A stretch of DNA of 64,000 bases from Diplonema japonicum (Eukaryota > Protista > Euglenozoa: Diplonemea): NCBI GenBank assembly GCA_964019335.1, contig OZ025699.1:124001-188000 (forward strand), read 5' to 3'. Shown one piece after another: positions 31,102 through 41,759 of this stretch (within the stretch, counting starts at the first letter, position 1; the number at the start of each line of letters is the position of its first letter). The position numbers were made by a program, and so were the translations under genes. The notes below the pieces were generated by a model, which was given only the letters and a program-made list of their open reading frames with translations, was not told the origin of the DNA and did no database searches.

Positions 31102-33954
31102 ATGGGCAAGAAGAAAGACAAGCACAAGGAGAAGGCAAAGCCGGAAGGGAACGGGGCCAGCACGCAGCTGGCCCAGTCCAAGGCCAGGGAGGAGCGGCGG
31201 GTGGAGAGGATGCTCCGCAGCGCTGGAGCAGCCGGGGAGCTGGGGCAGCTCCTGACGCCGGAGCACCGGGAGAAGATGACGGGGGTGGTCACCGTAATTG
31301 ACCTCCTCACGCCCGACGCCGCCGCCGCTACAGCCGGCCCAGCGACACCTGTCGCCTCCACCCCGACCGGCTCCGTCAAAAGGCCGGTTTCGCCTGACGC
31401 CAGCGTCGCCACCCCGACCTCCAGCAAAAAAGCTAGGAGGAAGGCCGCCAGAGCCGCGCGCGCTGACGCTGCCGCCGAAGCCGCACACATAGCTGACGCC
31501 ACACACCCCCTCGAAGCCGCACGCACTGCGGCCGACGTCGAACTCGCGGGAATCGCTGCTGATTTGGAAGCTGCACGCGAGTCGGCCGACGTGGTAGCTG
31601 CAGAAATAGCTGCTAAGATGAAGGCTGCGCAGGAGGTGGCTGATGCTGCTGTTGTCAAAATGGCAGCCGAGACGGAAGCTGCTCGCGTGGCTGGTGTGGA
31701 GGCTGCTCGCAGAGCAGTCGAGGCTGAGGAGAAGGCTCTGCGCGAGCGGTCTACTGCACGACTTGCGGCAGAGGAGAAGGAGGCTGCGCGTGCTGCGGCC
31801 GAGATGAAAGCAGCCGAGGAGAAGAAGGCTACAGCCGCAGCCGCTGCAGCCGAGAAGAAGAAAGCCGCAGCCGCCGCCGCCGCCGAGAAGAAAGCAGCAG
31901 CCGCCGCCGCCGCCGAGGAGAAGGCCGCCGCCGAGAAGAAAGCCGCTGCCGCCGCCGCCGCCGAGAGGAAGGCCGCAGCCGACGCCGCCAGGAAGCAAGC
32001 TGCAGCCGCCGCCGCCGAGAAGGAGACCGCAGCCGCAGCCGCCGCCGCCGAGGAGAAGAAGAAGGTCGCAGCCACCGCCGCCGCCGAAAAGGAAGCCGCC
32101 GCAGCCGCTGCCAAAAAGGAGGAAGCTTTGAGGTTGGCGGCCGCCAAGAAGGCAGATGCCCAGAAGGTCGAGGACGAAGCAGTCGCGAACGCTTCCGCCA
32201 ACGCGTCAACAGACCAAGGCACGCTCCTCCTCAGCTCAGACTCTGACACCAGCTCTGGCCCTGAGGAGATGGAGGACGACCCTGCCCCTGCCCCTTCCAC
32301 AACCCCGCGATGGGACCTGGTGCCAGACACATGGGACGCCCCGATCTACACCAACGTGTCCCCCCCGACGGAAACATCCCGCGCTGTCATTGCGCTCGAC
32401 GATCCCTCCGGAATGGGGGTCGTGTGCTCCGCGTTACCTACGGCATCCATCACCTTTGTCCTTATGACAGAGGTCCCCGGTGTCACCACCCCCAGCGAGA
32501 TTGTCATGGTCTCTGGGTCGCGCGCAGTGAACAGGAGGGTCCACGTCTCCACGTTCGGGCTGGACCCCCCCACCTACACCCCGCCTTCCACCTTCAACAG
32601 CGGATCGGAGGTCGTCTACGTCTGTGTCAGTGCAGACAGCCTGAAGGAGGCGAAGGCCAGGGTCCTGGAGCTCGCCAAGGCTCAGGGCGCGGTGGTGGAG
32701 GATCGTGCGGTCTTCCGCCCAAGGAAGTTCGGTGAGGAGGAACCGCGGGCGAGGCACTGGACCCACGAGGTGGGACTGCGCCTGCAAGCAGCACACGTCC
32801 ACGCCGTCCTGCGCCGGTCCGGGGACGGGTGCTTAATGCGGACGACGGAGAGACGCGGGGGGTACGCTTATGTACCCATCGTGGCGGAAGGGAGGGCGGA
32901 TGCCTTTCGGATTGCGGGGACGCTGGGTGGGTTGTCTCTCGGGGTGGCGCACCGTAAGGGATGGACTGTGCGGTGCCTACCGGAGACGGAACAGCGGCTC
33001 CGGGAAACCCTCGCAAAACTGCGTACGAAGCGCAAGTTTTTGCTCACCGGGGCCCCGCCGTCCATCACCAGGGCGGCCTTCGACGAAGTGATGGACCACA
33101 TCGGTTGGAAACCATCCTCCGTCCTGCGACGCACGCAGACGATGTTCCAGGGCACGAGGCAACTCGTGTTCTTCATCGTCGTCGACAGCCCGCCCCCGAA
33201 GTCCAGGACGTGGCTCCTTGGGGGGCGCCTTGTCTGTCTCCGTGATGCGGACGACCACCCGACCGTCAAGCCGCCCCCTCTCATCAACAGGACGACACCT
33301 GCATCTGCACCTGCGCTTGCAACGTCCTCGACCCCGGCACCCACATCTTCTCATGTACCTGCACCTGCGCCTACACCTGTACCTGACCCGGCACCTGTAT
33401 CGGCGTCGACACCCTCGGAGACTGGCCCTGCGGTGAAAGCAACTGGGCTTCCTCCCACCAGCCCGTGGGCGTCCATACCGAGCTCGGTGGCTCCCCCCCA
33501 GCTCGACACTGTGACGTCCCCTACACCGCCCCGCAACGTGTCTGCGGGAAACAAGGAGGGAGTCCCTTCCGGGTCGCCTGAGGTCGCCGCTCTCACTGAG
33601 CTCGTCGCCACGCTGAAGGAGTCGATCGTCGGGCTGCAGAGGACGATCGACTCTCAGCAGGAGATGATCTCCGATCTGCGGACGACGCTCCGCCTCCTCC
33701 TGCCGCAGGCGGCCACGCTGACGACGGGAACGGCAGTGCCGCGGGACCCTACACCGGGGGCGACGACGACACACGACAGTGTCTGGAAAGGGAAGGGGAA
33801 GGGGAAGAAGGGGGCTCCTCCTCTCGCTACGACCTCTGAGGCTGCGGTGACGAACCTGGGTACGAGGGGGCGGGCCAGGTCGTTCGCGGAGACCAAAGAT
33901 CTCTTCACCAATGGGGTCAAGGGGCGCTCTGCCTCCATGGGTCCATCCAATTGA
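31102..33954 (+). CDS. A3 ORF1
   Basis: Starts MGKKKDKHK as in the other copies. Confidence 0.9.
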   Translation: MGKKKDKHKEKAKPEGNGASTQLAQSKAREERRVERMLRSAGAAGELGQLLTPEHREKMTGVVTVIDLLTPDAAAATAGPATPVASTPTGSVKRPVSPDASVATPTSSKKARRKAARAARADAAAEAAHIADATHPLEAARTAADVELAGIAADLEAARESADVVAAEIAAKMKAAQEVADAAVVKMAAETEAARVAGVEAARRAVEAEEKALRERSTARLAAEEKEAARAAAEMKAAEEKKATAAAAAAEKKKAAAAAAAEKKAAAAAAAEEKAAAEKKAAAAAAAERKAAADAARKQAAAAAAEKETAAAAAAAEEKKKVAATAAAEKEAAAAAAKKEEALRLAAAKKADAQKVEDEAVANASANASTDQGTLLLSSDSDTSSGPEEMEDDPAPAPSTTPRWDLVPDTWDAPIYTNVSPPTETSRAVIALDDPSGMGVVCSALPTASITFVLMTEVPGVTTPSEIVMVSGSRAVNRRVHVSTFGLDPPTYTPPSTFNSGSEVVYVCVSADSLKEAKARVLELAKAQGAVVEDRAVFRPRKFGEEEPRARHWTHEVGLRLQAAHVHAVLRRSGDGCLMRTTERRGGYAYVPIVAEGRADAFRIAGTLGGLSLGVAHRKGWTVRCLPETEQRLRETLAKLRTKRKFLLTGAPPSITRAAFDEVMDHIGWKPSSVLRRTQTMFQGTRQLVFFIVVDSPPPKSRTWLLGGRLVCLRDADDHPTVKPPPLINRTTPASAPALATSSTPAPTSSHVPAPAPTPVPDPAPVSASTPSETGPAVKATGLPPTSPWASIPSSVAPPQLDTVTSPTPPRNVSAGNKEGVPSGSPEVAALTELVATLKESIVGLQRTIDSQQEMISDLRTTLRLLLPQAATLTTGTAVPRDPTPGATTTHDSVWKGKGKGKKGAPPLATTSEAAVTNLGTRGRARSFAETKDLFTNGVKGRSASMGPSN

Positions 33955-34095
33955 AGGGGCCCCGCAGAACAGGGGGAGCAGCAGATCCACGACCATGCTC
34001 CCTCTCCTAGTCTCCCTCGCATCCTCCCCAGGAGACTCCTACCTCTCTGTTTCTTCACCGACTTTTCTGCACTGATCCCCACCCTACTCGGGAGG

Positions 34096-37000
34096 ATGTC
34101 CGTCAGGGACCTGCTGGGGCTGCTTGGGCTGGTCGAAACAAACCCTGGCCCACCCAAGAAGCTGCCGCCCCCGTCGCCTAAGGGTCTCAAGGTTGTCTCG
34201 TGGAACTGCAACGGCCTCGTTGCGAAATGGACCGTCGTATCTCGCCATGCTGACTTCTTGTCGCTGGACATCATCATGATACAGGAGACGCACCTGAGGG
34301 AAGGGCACGACACGCCACACCTGCCTGGGTACAGGTCATACAGGAGGGATCGGTTGACACCGGTGACTGACGGCACTGCGACGAGGGGTGGTGGTATTGT
34401 CACGTATGTCCGCGACGATCTTGCCTCGGAGGAGGTTCCGCACGTACTCCCGGCTGGGGACTGTGTCACTGAGAGACTGGATGTGAGGATCTCCTGCGAG
34501 AAGCGTGAGCCGATCACTCTCTCCAACGTTTACCTTACACCGGTAAGCGCGAGCAGAGGCACGAGGGACCCTGAGTACCTGCGGCCTGGCAGCCTTCCCA
34601 TGGGGAAGAACACAGTCATAGCGGGTGACTTCAATGCTCACCACAGCTCCTGGGACGCCACGGTGACGACGCCGAACGAGAGGGGGAACGTGGTCAGGGA
34701 CTGGCTGGACACCCACGGGTACACCGTCTACAACGACCGCAACGAACCGACGAGGGACTCGTCACGACACGTTCTGGACCTGGTTGTGGGGCGCTGCGCG
34801 AAGCTTGAGCCGAAGACGCTGGGCACGTGGGGCTCCGATCATAGTCCCGTATCCTTTCACCTGCCTCTTGAGGACGTCTACCGTTCGGAGCGCCCCTTCC
34901 CCACCTGGAATTTCAAAAAAGCCAGATGGGATGACTACACTGCTGCTGTTGCCCGCCTGCTTGCTGGTGTTGACACGGCGGCTCCGATTGACTCTGTCAC
35001 GAAGGGGTTTACACAAGCCCTTTTGACTGCGGCGAACGACCACATTCCCCTCTGTGGGATGCGACGTGGCCCGACCCCCTGGTGGACTGCTGAGCTCGAG
35101 GACGCCTTCGAAGAGCGGAACACCCTGCGCGAACTCCTGCTTCAAGAGGCGGACGTGGTGGAGGAGTACAGGGCGAAGGTGAAGGAAGTCAACCGACTCC
35201 TTGACGAGACGAAGCGTGAGGCATGGGGAAGGATGGCGGCCGACCTCAGCCGGAGCAAGGACCTCGGGGCTGCGTTCAGAGCGGTGAAGAAGCTGGACGG
35301 CAGGCACCGAAAGACACACCTTCCTGTACTCGAGGGAAGATTTGTGTCGGACAAGGCGAAGGCCGACCGGCTGGGGGCGCACTTCGCTAAGCTCTACGGC
35401 AGGCGTGGTGACGGGAACTCGAAGGACGCCGCTCCTTCTGCAAGCAGACTCGGGTGTCAAGCGTTCACCGTGGACGACCTCACCCGCGGCCTGAGAAGGA
35501 TGAAGACGCGCAGCGCGGCCGGGGAAGACGGAATCTTCTCGGAGATGCTCCTACACCTGAACTCGGACTCCCTCGGTGTCCTCCTTCTACTCCTCAATCG
35601 CTCCTGGCTGATGGGTGTCGTCCCCGGTGCCTGGAAGAAGGGAGTGATCGTCCCGGTACCGAAACCTGGAAAAGATGCGACTCTCTTGGCTTCCTACCGG
35701 CCGATCTGCCTGACCAGCTGCCTCTGCAAGCTGCTGGAGAGGATGATCGAGGAGAGGCTCACGTTTCTTCTTGACGCGGACGGGACGGGAGTCGAGGGAC
35801 TCCACGACAGCCAGGCTGGTTTCAGACGCGGCCGCTCCACGGAGGAGCAGGTGGCAACCCTCACTGAGTGCATGTCGAGGAACAAAGACGATCGACGTCT
35901 CTCGGCCGCTCTGCTGTTCGACTTCTCTTCTGCCTTCGACCTGGTGCCCCATGGTGCCCTGCTGGACAAGATGCGAGGGAAGGGTCTCCCCGAACCCTTC
36001 GTGGAGTGGACGCGGTCCTTTCTATGCGGCCGTACTGCTGCGGTCACGATTGGACGGTCGAGGGGGTCGACGACGAAGGTGCGACGGGGTGTCCCCCAGG
36101 GCTCTGTCTTGGGTCCCATCCTGTACACCATCTACGTCGACGAACTCGCCAGGAGACTGGAGGGACTGGCGGACGTCTCGGTGCTCTACGCCGACGACGT
36201 GGCGGTTGTGATCTCCTCTGGACAAGGGGACGTGGCTGGGCTGGAGCGGAAGGCGCAGGCAGTGGTGGATGCGGTTGAGGACTGGTGCAGGGAGCGTGAC
36301 ATGCTGCTGAGCACGTCCAAGACGCAGGCAGTCTGCGTCCCCCCCCAGAAACGTCTCGGGGTCTACTTCACTTCGTCACGAGTCCCCCTTCAGCCAGGTG
36401 CCTTCCAGAACCCACTCTTCGGCCTGGGGGTGAACGCCGATGGCACGATCTCCGGGGACCAGGAGCTGGCGGGCCTTCAGGTTGTGGAGGCGGGTGGTGT
36501 GCGGATCCGCTGCGTGCGGGACATGCATGCAGCCGTGCGACGGCCCGACGTGGACTACGTTGCGGCCCGTCCCCTGCCTCTGTCTGAACACGCGAGGTAC
36601 CTTGGGGTTACGGTGGACTCTGGGCTCACGTTCGGTGAACACGCACAGGACATCCTACGGCGGGCCAGCAAAAGGCTGAGGGTGCTGAAGCTCTTGTCCG
36701 GCACGTCCTGGGGCAGCAAGAGGGACACTCTGCGGTCTCTCTACGTTACGTACATCCTCCCGCTGCTGCGCTACTGCATGGGGGTCTACTACAGCAGGCT
36801 CGATGATGTCGGGAGGAAGGACCTGGCTGGGCTTCACCAGGAGGCGGCGGTGCTGATCACGGGCTGCTGGAGTGGCTCCGGAGGGTACAAGCTCCTAGCT
36901 GAGGCAGGACTGCTTCCCCTCGAAAGAATGGCGGAGGGTGCTGCGGCGACGATGACGGCGAAGGCCTTCTGCTGGCAGTCTTCCCCGGTTCACAGGGAGA

Positions 37001-38244
37001 CGGTCAAGCTGAAGCAGGCGAACAGGCTGGGGTGTGGGTGGCTGCGCTCTGGCTACCAAGCACTGCGTCGATGCGGGTTGGAACCAAAGGTGCACTTCGA
37101 GTACCTGTCGGCTACGCCCCTGGCGGCCCCGTGGCAGACAGGCATGGTCGACTTCAGGACTGACCTCCCCGGCGGGGTCACGCGATCGTCGCCAGACGCG
37201 GACAGGCGGAAGGCGGCCGAGGCTGCTCTTGCGGCTCTCCCCCCGGGCATCCATGCCTACACGGATGGCTCGGTTGTACAGGTCGGACAGAAGGCGAAAG
37301 GTGGCTCTGGGGTTTATCTGCAGCTGCCTCCCCCCCTGACCCCTGTGTCTGTGTGCCATGGCGTCAACGACTTCTGTTCATCTTTTCGGGCAGAGGGCAT
37401 GGCTGTGAAAACGGCGCTGGATATGGTGGCTACCCTCCGAAAAACACACCCTTCGCTGGCGAAGTCCCCGCTGTCGATCTGCACCGACTCCCTCTCCCTC
37501 GTCGAGCAGCTGCGAGCTGGCCCAACGCGACAGAGGGAGAAGCTCGACCACCAGACGTGGAGCCGGCTGGTGTCCGCGGCGCGCACGCAGGGGACACCGG
37601 TGGTCCTCCAGTTTGTGCCCTCCCACTGTGGGGTGGACGGGAACGAGAAGGCTGACGCTCTGGCCGGGGAGGGAACGAAGCGGAAGCAGGACAGGCCCTC
37701 CCTTGACTACCGATCAGTGAGGGCCCTGGTGCGACGGTGGGTGGTGCGGAGGTCCGCGGAGCTCATAACATCCCTCGCCCACAACTACGCGGTGGCGACC
37801 GAGCTTCGGTCTGCGCACTTCCCCCTTGGCTTCCCCAGACAAGCTGAAACGGTCATCTCGCGGCTGCGGATTGGTCACTCGGCTCTCTTCTTCGGCTTCC
37901 TGCAGACTGCTGGCCCGAACAGGAAGCACAAGGGTGTGCTCCGGTGCCCAGCCTGCCACGCAGCACCGATGTCCAGGGAGCATGTTGTCGGTGGGTGCCC
38001 TGTGATCGGGAGGGGGGCGATCGACACTCCTGCTGGTACTCCCTCCCTAGCGTTCTCCCTGTCGAGACGCGTGACCCAGATCTACGACCTCATTGTTGAG
38101 TCTGGCCTGCTCGCCTGGTCACGCTCCGGACTGTTCACCTCGCCATCATCCCTGGCGTCTACAGACGTCACTGCACCTTCGAACGTGCCGCCCCCTCCTC
38201 CGGTCTCTCTTGACGCCGGTCCCGCGGCCCCCGTGCTGCGCTAA
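34096..38244 (+). CDS. A3 ORF2: 2A-like, APE, RT, RNase H, CCHC (1382 aa)
   Basis: VETNPGP; SWNCNG, IQETH, GDFNAH; DFSSAFD, GVPQG, YADD; YTDGS, CTDS, PSHCGVDGNEKAD; CPAC..H..C. Confidence 0.95.
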   Translation: MSVRDLLGLLGLVETNPGPPKKLPPPSPKGLKVVSWNCNGLVAKWTVVSRHADFLSLDIIMIQETHLREGHDTPHLPGYRSYRRDRLTPVTDGTATRGGGIVTYVRDDLASEEVPHVLPAGDCVTERLDVRISCEKREPITLSNVYLTPVSASRGTRDPEYLRPGSLPMGKNTVIAGDFNAHHSSWDATVTTPNERGNVVRDWLDTHGYTVYNDRNEPTRDSSRHVLDLVVGRCAKLEPKTLGTWGSDHSPVSFHLPLEDVYRSERPFPTWNFKKARWDDYTAAVARLLAGVDTAAPIDSVTKGFTQALLTAANDHIPLCGMRRGPTPWWTAELEDAFEERNTLRELLLQEADVVEEYRAKVKEVNRLLDETKREAWGRMAADLSRSKDLGAAFRAVKKLDGRHRKTHLPVLEGRFVSDKAKADRLGAHFAKLYGRRGDGNSKDAAPSASRLGCQAFTVDDLTRGLRRMKTRSAAGEDGIFSEMLLHLNSDSLGVLLLLLNRSWLMGVVPGAWKKGVIVPVPKPGKDATLLASYRPICLTSCLCKLLERMIEERLTFLLDADGTGVEGLHDSQAGFRRGRSTEEQVATLTECMSRNKDDRRLSAALLFDFSSAFDLVPHGALLDKMRGKGLPEPFVEWTRSFLCGRTAAVTIGRSRGSTTKVRRGVPQGSVLGPILYTIYVDELARRLEGLADVSVLYADDVAVVISSGQGDVAGLERKAQAVVDAVEDWCRERDMLLSTSKTQAVCVPPQKRLGVYFTSSRVPLQPGAFQNPLFGLGVNADGTISGDQELAGLQVVEAGGVRIRCVRDMHAAVRRPDVDYVAARPLPLSEHARYLGVTVDSGLTFGEHAQDILRRASKRLRVLKLLSGTSWGSKRDTLRSLYVTYILPLLRYCMGVYYSRLDDVGRKDLAGLHQEAAVLITGCWSGSGGYKLLAEAGLLPLERMAEGAAATMTAKAFCWQSSPVHRETVKLKQANRLGCGWLRSGYQALRRCGLEPKVHFEYLSATPLAAPWQTGMVDFRTDLPGGVTRSSPDADRRKAAEAALAALPPGIHAYTDGSVVQVGQKAKGGSGVYLQLPPPLTPVSVCHGVNDFCSSFRAEGMAVKTALDMVATLRKTHPSLAKSPLSICTDSLSLVEQLRAGPTRQREKLDHQTWSRLVSAARTQGTPVVLQFVPSHCGVDGNEKADALAGEGTKRKQDRPSLDYRSVRALVRRWVVRRSAELITSLAHNYAVATELRSAHFPLGFPRQAETVISRLRIGHSALFFGFLQTAGPNRKHKGVLRCPACHAAPMSREHVVGGCPVIGRGAIDTPAGTPSLAFSLSRRVTQIYDLIVESGLLAWSRSGLFTSPSSLASTDVTAPSNVPPPPPVSLDAGPAAPVLR

Positions 38245-38756
38245 GGGATCGCCCGCGTGTGTGTAAAGTGAAATGTTGTGTTTTCCACTTTCCTTTCCCT
38301 TCCTTTCCCTTCCTTCACCTTCCTCTCACTGTTTCCCATTTCCCCTTTTTTTTTTATTTTCACACTCACCAATGATTCGCTCAATAGGAGCAATACCTCC
38401 CTGGGGGGCTTTCCGCCGGAGGTTCCAGCCAAAGAAGGACATCCAGCTGGAAGGTAGGCCCCCGTTTTTCTCTCACTTGACTGAGGGAATAATGTAATTC
38501 AGCCCTCTTCGGCTGTCCCAAAGCAGAGCACGGGTTGGTGGGGGACCAGGGCTCCTCCTGCTTGCAGAAGCCTGGTCCTTTGCCCTCCCTATTTCCCCAT
38601 GGTTTCCCTTCACCTTTTTTTCCCTTTTCTCAGGTGTTGCTCTCCATGGCGGCCCTGCATTGGTATTTTGAAAAAAAAAAAAAAAAAAAAAAAAAAAGCA
38701 GGTCAGCTAAAGAAAAGAAAAGAAAAGAAAAGAAAAGAAAAGAAAAGAAAAGAAAA

Positions 38757-39650
38757 ATGGGCAAGAAGAAAGACAAGCACAAGGAGAAGGCAAAGCCGGA
38801 AGGGAACGGGGCCAGCACGCAGCTGGCCCAGTCCAAGGCCAGGGAGGAGCGGCGGGTGGAGAGGATGCTCCGCAGCGCGGGAGCAGCCGGGGAGCTGGGG
38901 CAGCTCCTGACACCGGAGCACCGGGAGAAGATGACGGGGGTGGTCACCGTAATTGACCTCCTCACGCCCGACGCCGCCGCCGCTACAGCCGGCCCAGCGA
39001 CACCTGTCGCCTCCACCCCGACCGGCTCCGTCAAAAGGCCGGTTTCGCCTGACGCCAGCGTCGCCACCCCGACCTCCAGCAAAAAAGCTAGGAGGAAGGC
39101 CGCCAGAGCCGCGCGCGCTGACGCTGCCGCCGAAGCCGCACACATAGCTGACGCCACACACCCCCTCGAAGCCGCACGCACTGCGGCCGACGTCGAACTC
39201 GCGGGAATCGCTGCTGATTTGGAAGCTGCACGCGAGTCGGCCGACGTGGTAGCTGCAGAAATAGCAGCTAAGATGAAGGCTGCGCAGGAGGTGGCTGATG
39301 CTGCTGTTGTCAAAATGGCAGCCGAGACGGAAGCTGCACGCGTGGCTGGTGTGGAGGCTGCTCGCAGAGCAGTCGAGGCAGAGGAGAAGGCTCTGCGCGA
39401 GCGGTCTACTGCACGACTTGCGGCAGAGGAGAAGGAGGCTGCGCGTGCTGCGGCCGAGATGAAAGCAGCCGAGGAGAAGAAGGCTACAGCCGCAGCCGCT
39501 GCAGCCGAGAAGAAGAAAGCCGCAGCCGCCGCCGCCGCCGAGAAGAAGGCCGACGCCGAGAAGAAAGCAGCAGCCGCCGCCGCCGCCGAGAAGAAGGCCG
39601 CAGCCGCCGCCGCCGCCGAGGAGAAGGCCGCCGCCGAGAAGAAAGCCGCA

Positions 39651-39681
<31 letters not shown>

Positions 39682-41618
39682 AGAAGGAGACCGCAGCCGC
39701 AGCCGCCGCCGCCGAGGAGAAGAAGAAGGTCGCAGCCACCGCCGCCGCCGAAAAGGAAGCCGCCGCAGCCGCTGCCAAAAAGGAGGAAGCTTTGAGGTTG
39801 GCGGCCGCCAAGAAGGCAGATGCCCAGAAGGTCGAGGACGAAGCAGTCGCGAACGCTTCCGCCAACGCGTCAACAGACCAAGGCACGCTCCTCCTCAGCT
39901 CAGACTCTGACACCAGCTCTGGCCCTGAGGAGATGGAGGACGACCCTGCCCCTGCCCCTTCCACAACCCCGCGATGGGACCTGGTGCCAGACACATGGGA
40001 CGCCCCGATCTACACTAACGTGTCCCCCCCGACGGAAACATCCCGCGCTGTCATTGCGCTCGACGATCCCTCCGGAATGGGGGTCGTGTGCTCCGCGTTA
40101 CCTACGGCATCCATCACCTTTGTCCTTATGACAGAGGTCCCCGGTGTCACCACCCCCAGCGAGATTGTCATGGTCTCTGGGTCGCGCGCAGTGAACAGGA
40201 GGGTCCACGTCTCCACGTTCGGGCTGGACCCCCCCACCTACACCCCGCCTTCCACCTTCAACAGCGGATCGGAGGTCGTCTACGTCTGTGTCAGTGCAGA
40301 CAGCCTGAAGGAGGCGAAGGCCAGGGTCCTGGAGCTCGCCAAGGCTCAGGGCGCGGTGGTGGAGGATCGTGCGGTCTTCCGCCCAAGGAAGTTCGGTGAG
40401 GAGGAACCGCGGGCGAGGCACTGGACCCACGAGGTGGGGCTGCGCCTGCAAGCATCACACGTCCACGCCGTCCTGCGCCGGTCCGGGGACGGGTGCATGA
40501 TCCGGACGACGGAGAGACGCGGGGGGTACGCTTATGTACCCATCGTGGCGGAAGGGAGGGCGGATGCCTTTCGGATTGCGGGGACGCTGGGTGGGTTGTC
40601 TCTCGGGGTGGCGCACCGTAAGGGATGGACTGTGCGGTGCCTACCGGAGACGGAACAGCGGCTCCGGGAAACCCTCGCAAAACTGCGTACGAAGCGCAAG
40701 TTTTTGCTCACCGGGGCCCCGCCGTCCATCACCAGGGCGGCCTTCGATGAAATGATGGACCACATCGGCTGGAAACCATCCTCCGTCCTGCGGCGCACGC
40801 AGACGATGTTCCAGGGCACGAGGCAACTCGTGTTCTTCATCGTCGTCGACAGCCCGCCCCCGAAGTCCAGGACGTGGCTCCTTGGGGGGCGCCTTGTCTG
40901 CCTCCGTGATGCGGACGACCACCCGACCGTCAAGCCGCCCCCTCTCATCAACAGGACGACACCTGCATCTGCACCTGCGCTTGCAACGTCCTCGACCCCG
41001 GCACCCACATCTTCTCATGTACCTGCACCTGCGCCTACACCTGTACCTGACCCGGCACCTGTATCGGCGTCGACACCCTCGGGGACTGACCCTGCGGTGA
41101 AAGCAACTGGGCTTCCTCCCACCAGCCCGTGGGCGTCCATACCGAGCTCGGTGGCTCCCCCCCAGCTCGACACTGTGACGTCCCCTACACCGCCCCGCAA
41201 CGTGTCTGGGGGAAACAAGGAGGGGGTCCCTTCCGGGTCGCCTGAGGTCGCCGCTCTCACTGAGCTCGTCGCCACGCTGAAGGAGTCGATCGTCGGGCTG
41301 CAGAGGACGATCGACTCTCAGCAGGAGATGATCTCCGATCTGCGGACGACGCTCCGCCTCCTCCTGCCGCAGGCGGCCACGCTGACGACGGGAACGGCAG
41401 TGCCGCGGGACCCTACACCGGGGGCGACGACGACACACGACAGTGTCTGGAAAGGGAAGGGGAAGGGGAAGAAGGGGGCTCCTCCTCTCGCTACGACCTC
41501 TGAGGCTGCGGTGACGAACCTGGGTACGAGGGGGCGGGCCAGGTCGTTCGCGGAGACCAAAGATCTCTTCACCAATGGGGTCAAGGGGCGCTCTGCCTCC
41601 ATGGGTCCATCCAATTGA
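38757..41618 (+). CDS. A4 ORF1
   Basis: Same protein with a rearranged Ala-repeat block. Confidence 0.9.
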
Positions 41619-41759
41619 AGGGGCCCCGCAGAACAGGGGGAGCAGCAGATCTACGACCATGCTCCCTCTCCTAGTCTCCCTCGCATCCTCCCCAGGAGAC
41701 TCCTACCTCTCTGTTTCTTCACCGACTTTTCTGCACTGATCCCCACCCTACTCGGGAGG

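Larger units (their letters stand above)
31030..38697 (+). mobile_element. Family A copy A3 (intact)
   Basis: Head-to-tail ~7.66 kb unit ending in poly(A). Confidence 0.95.
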
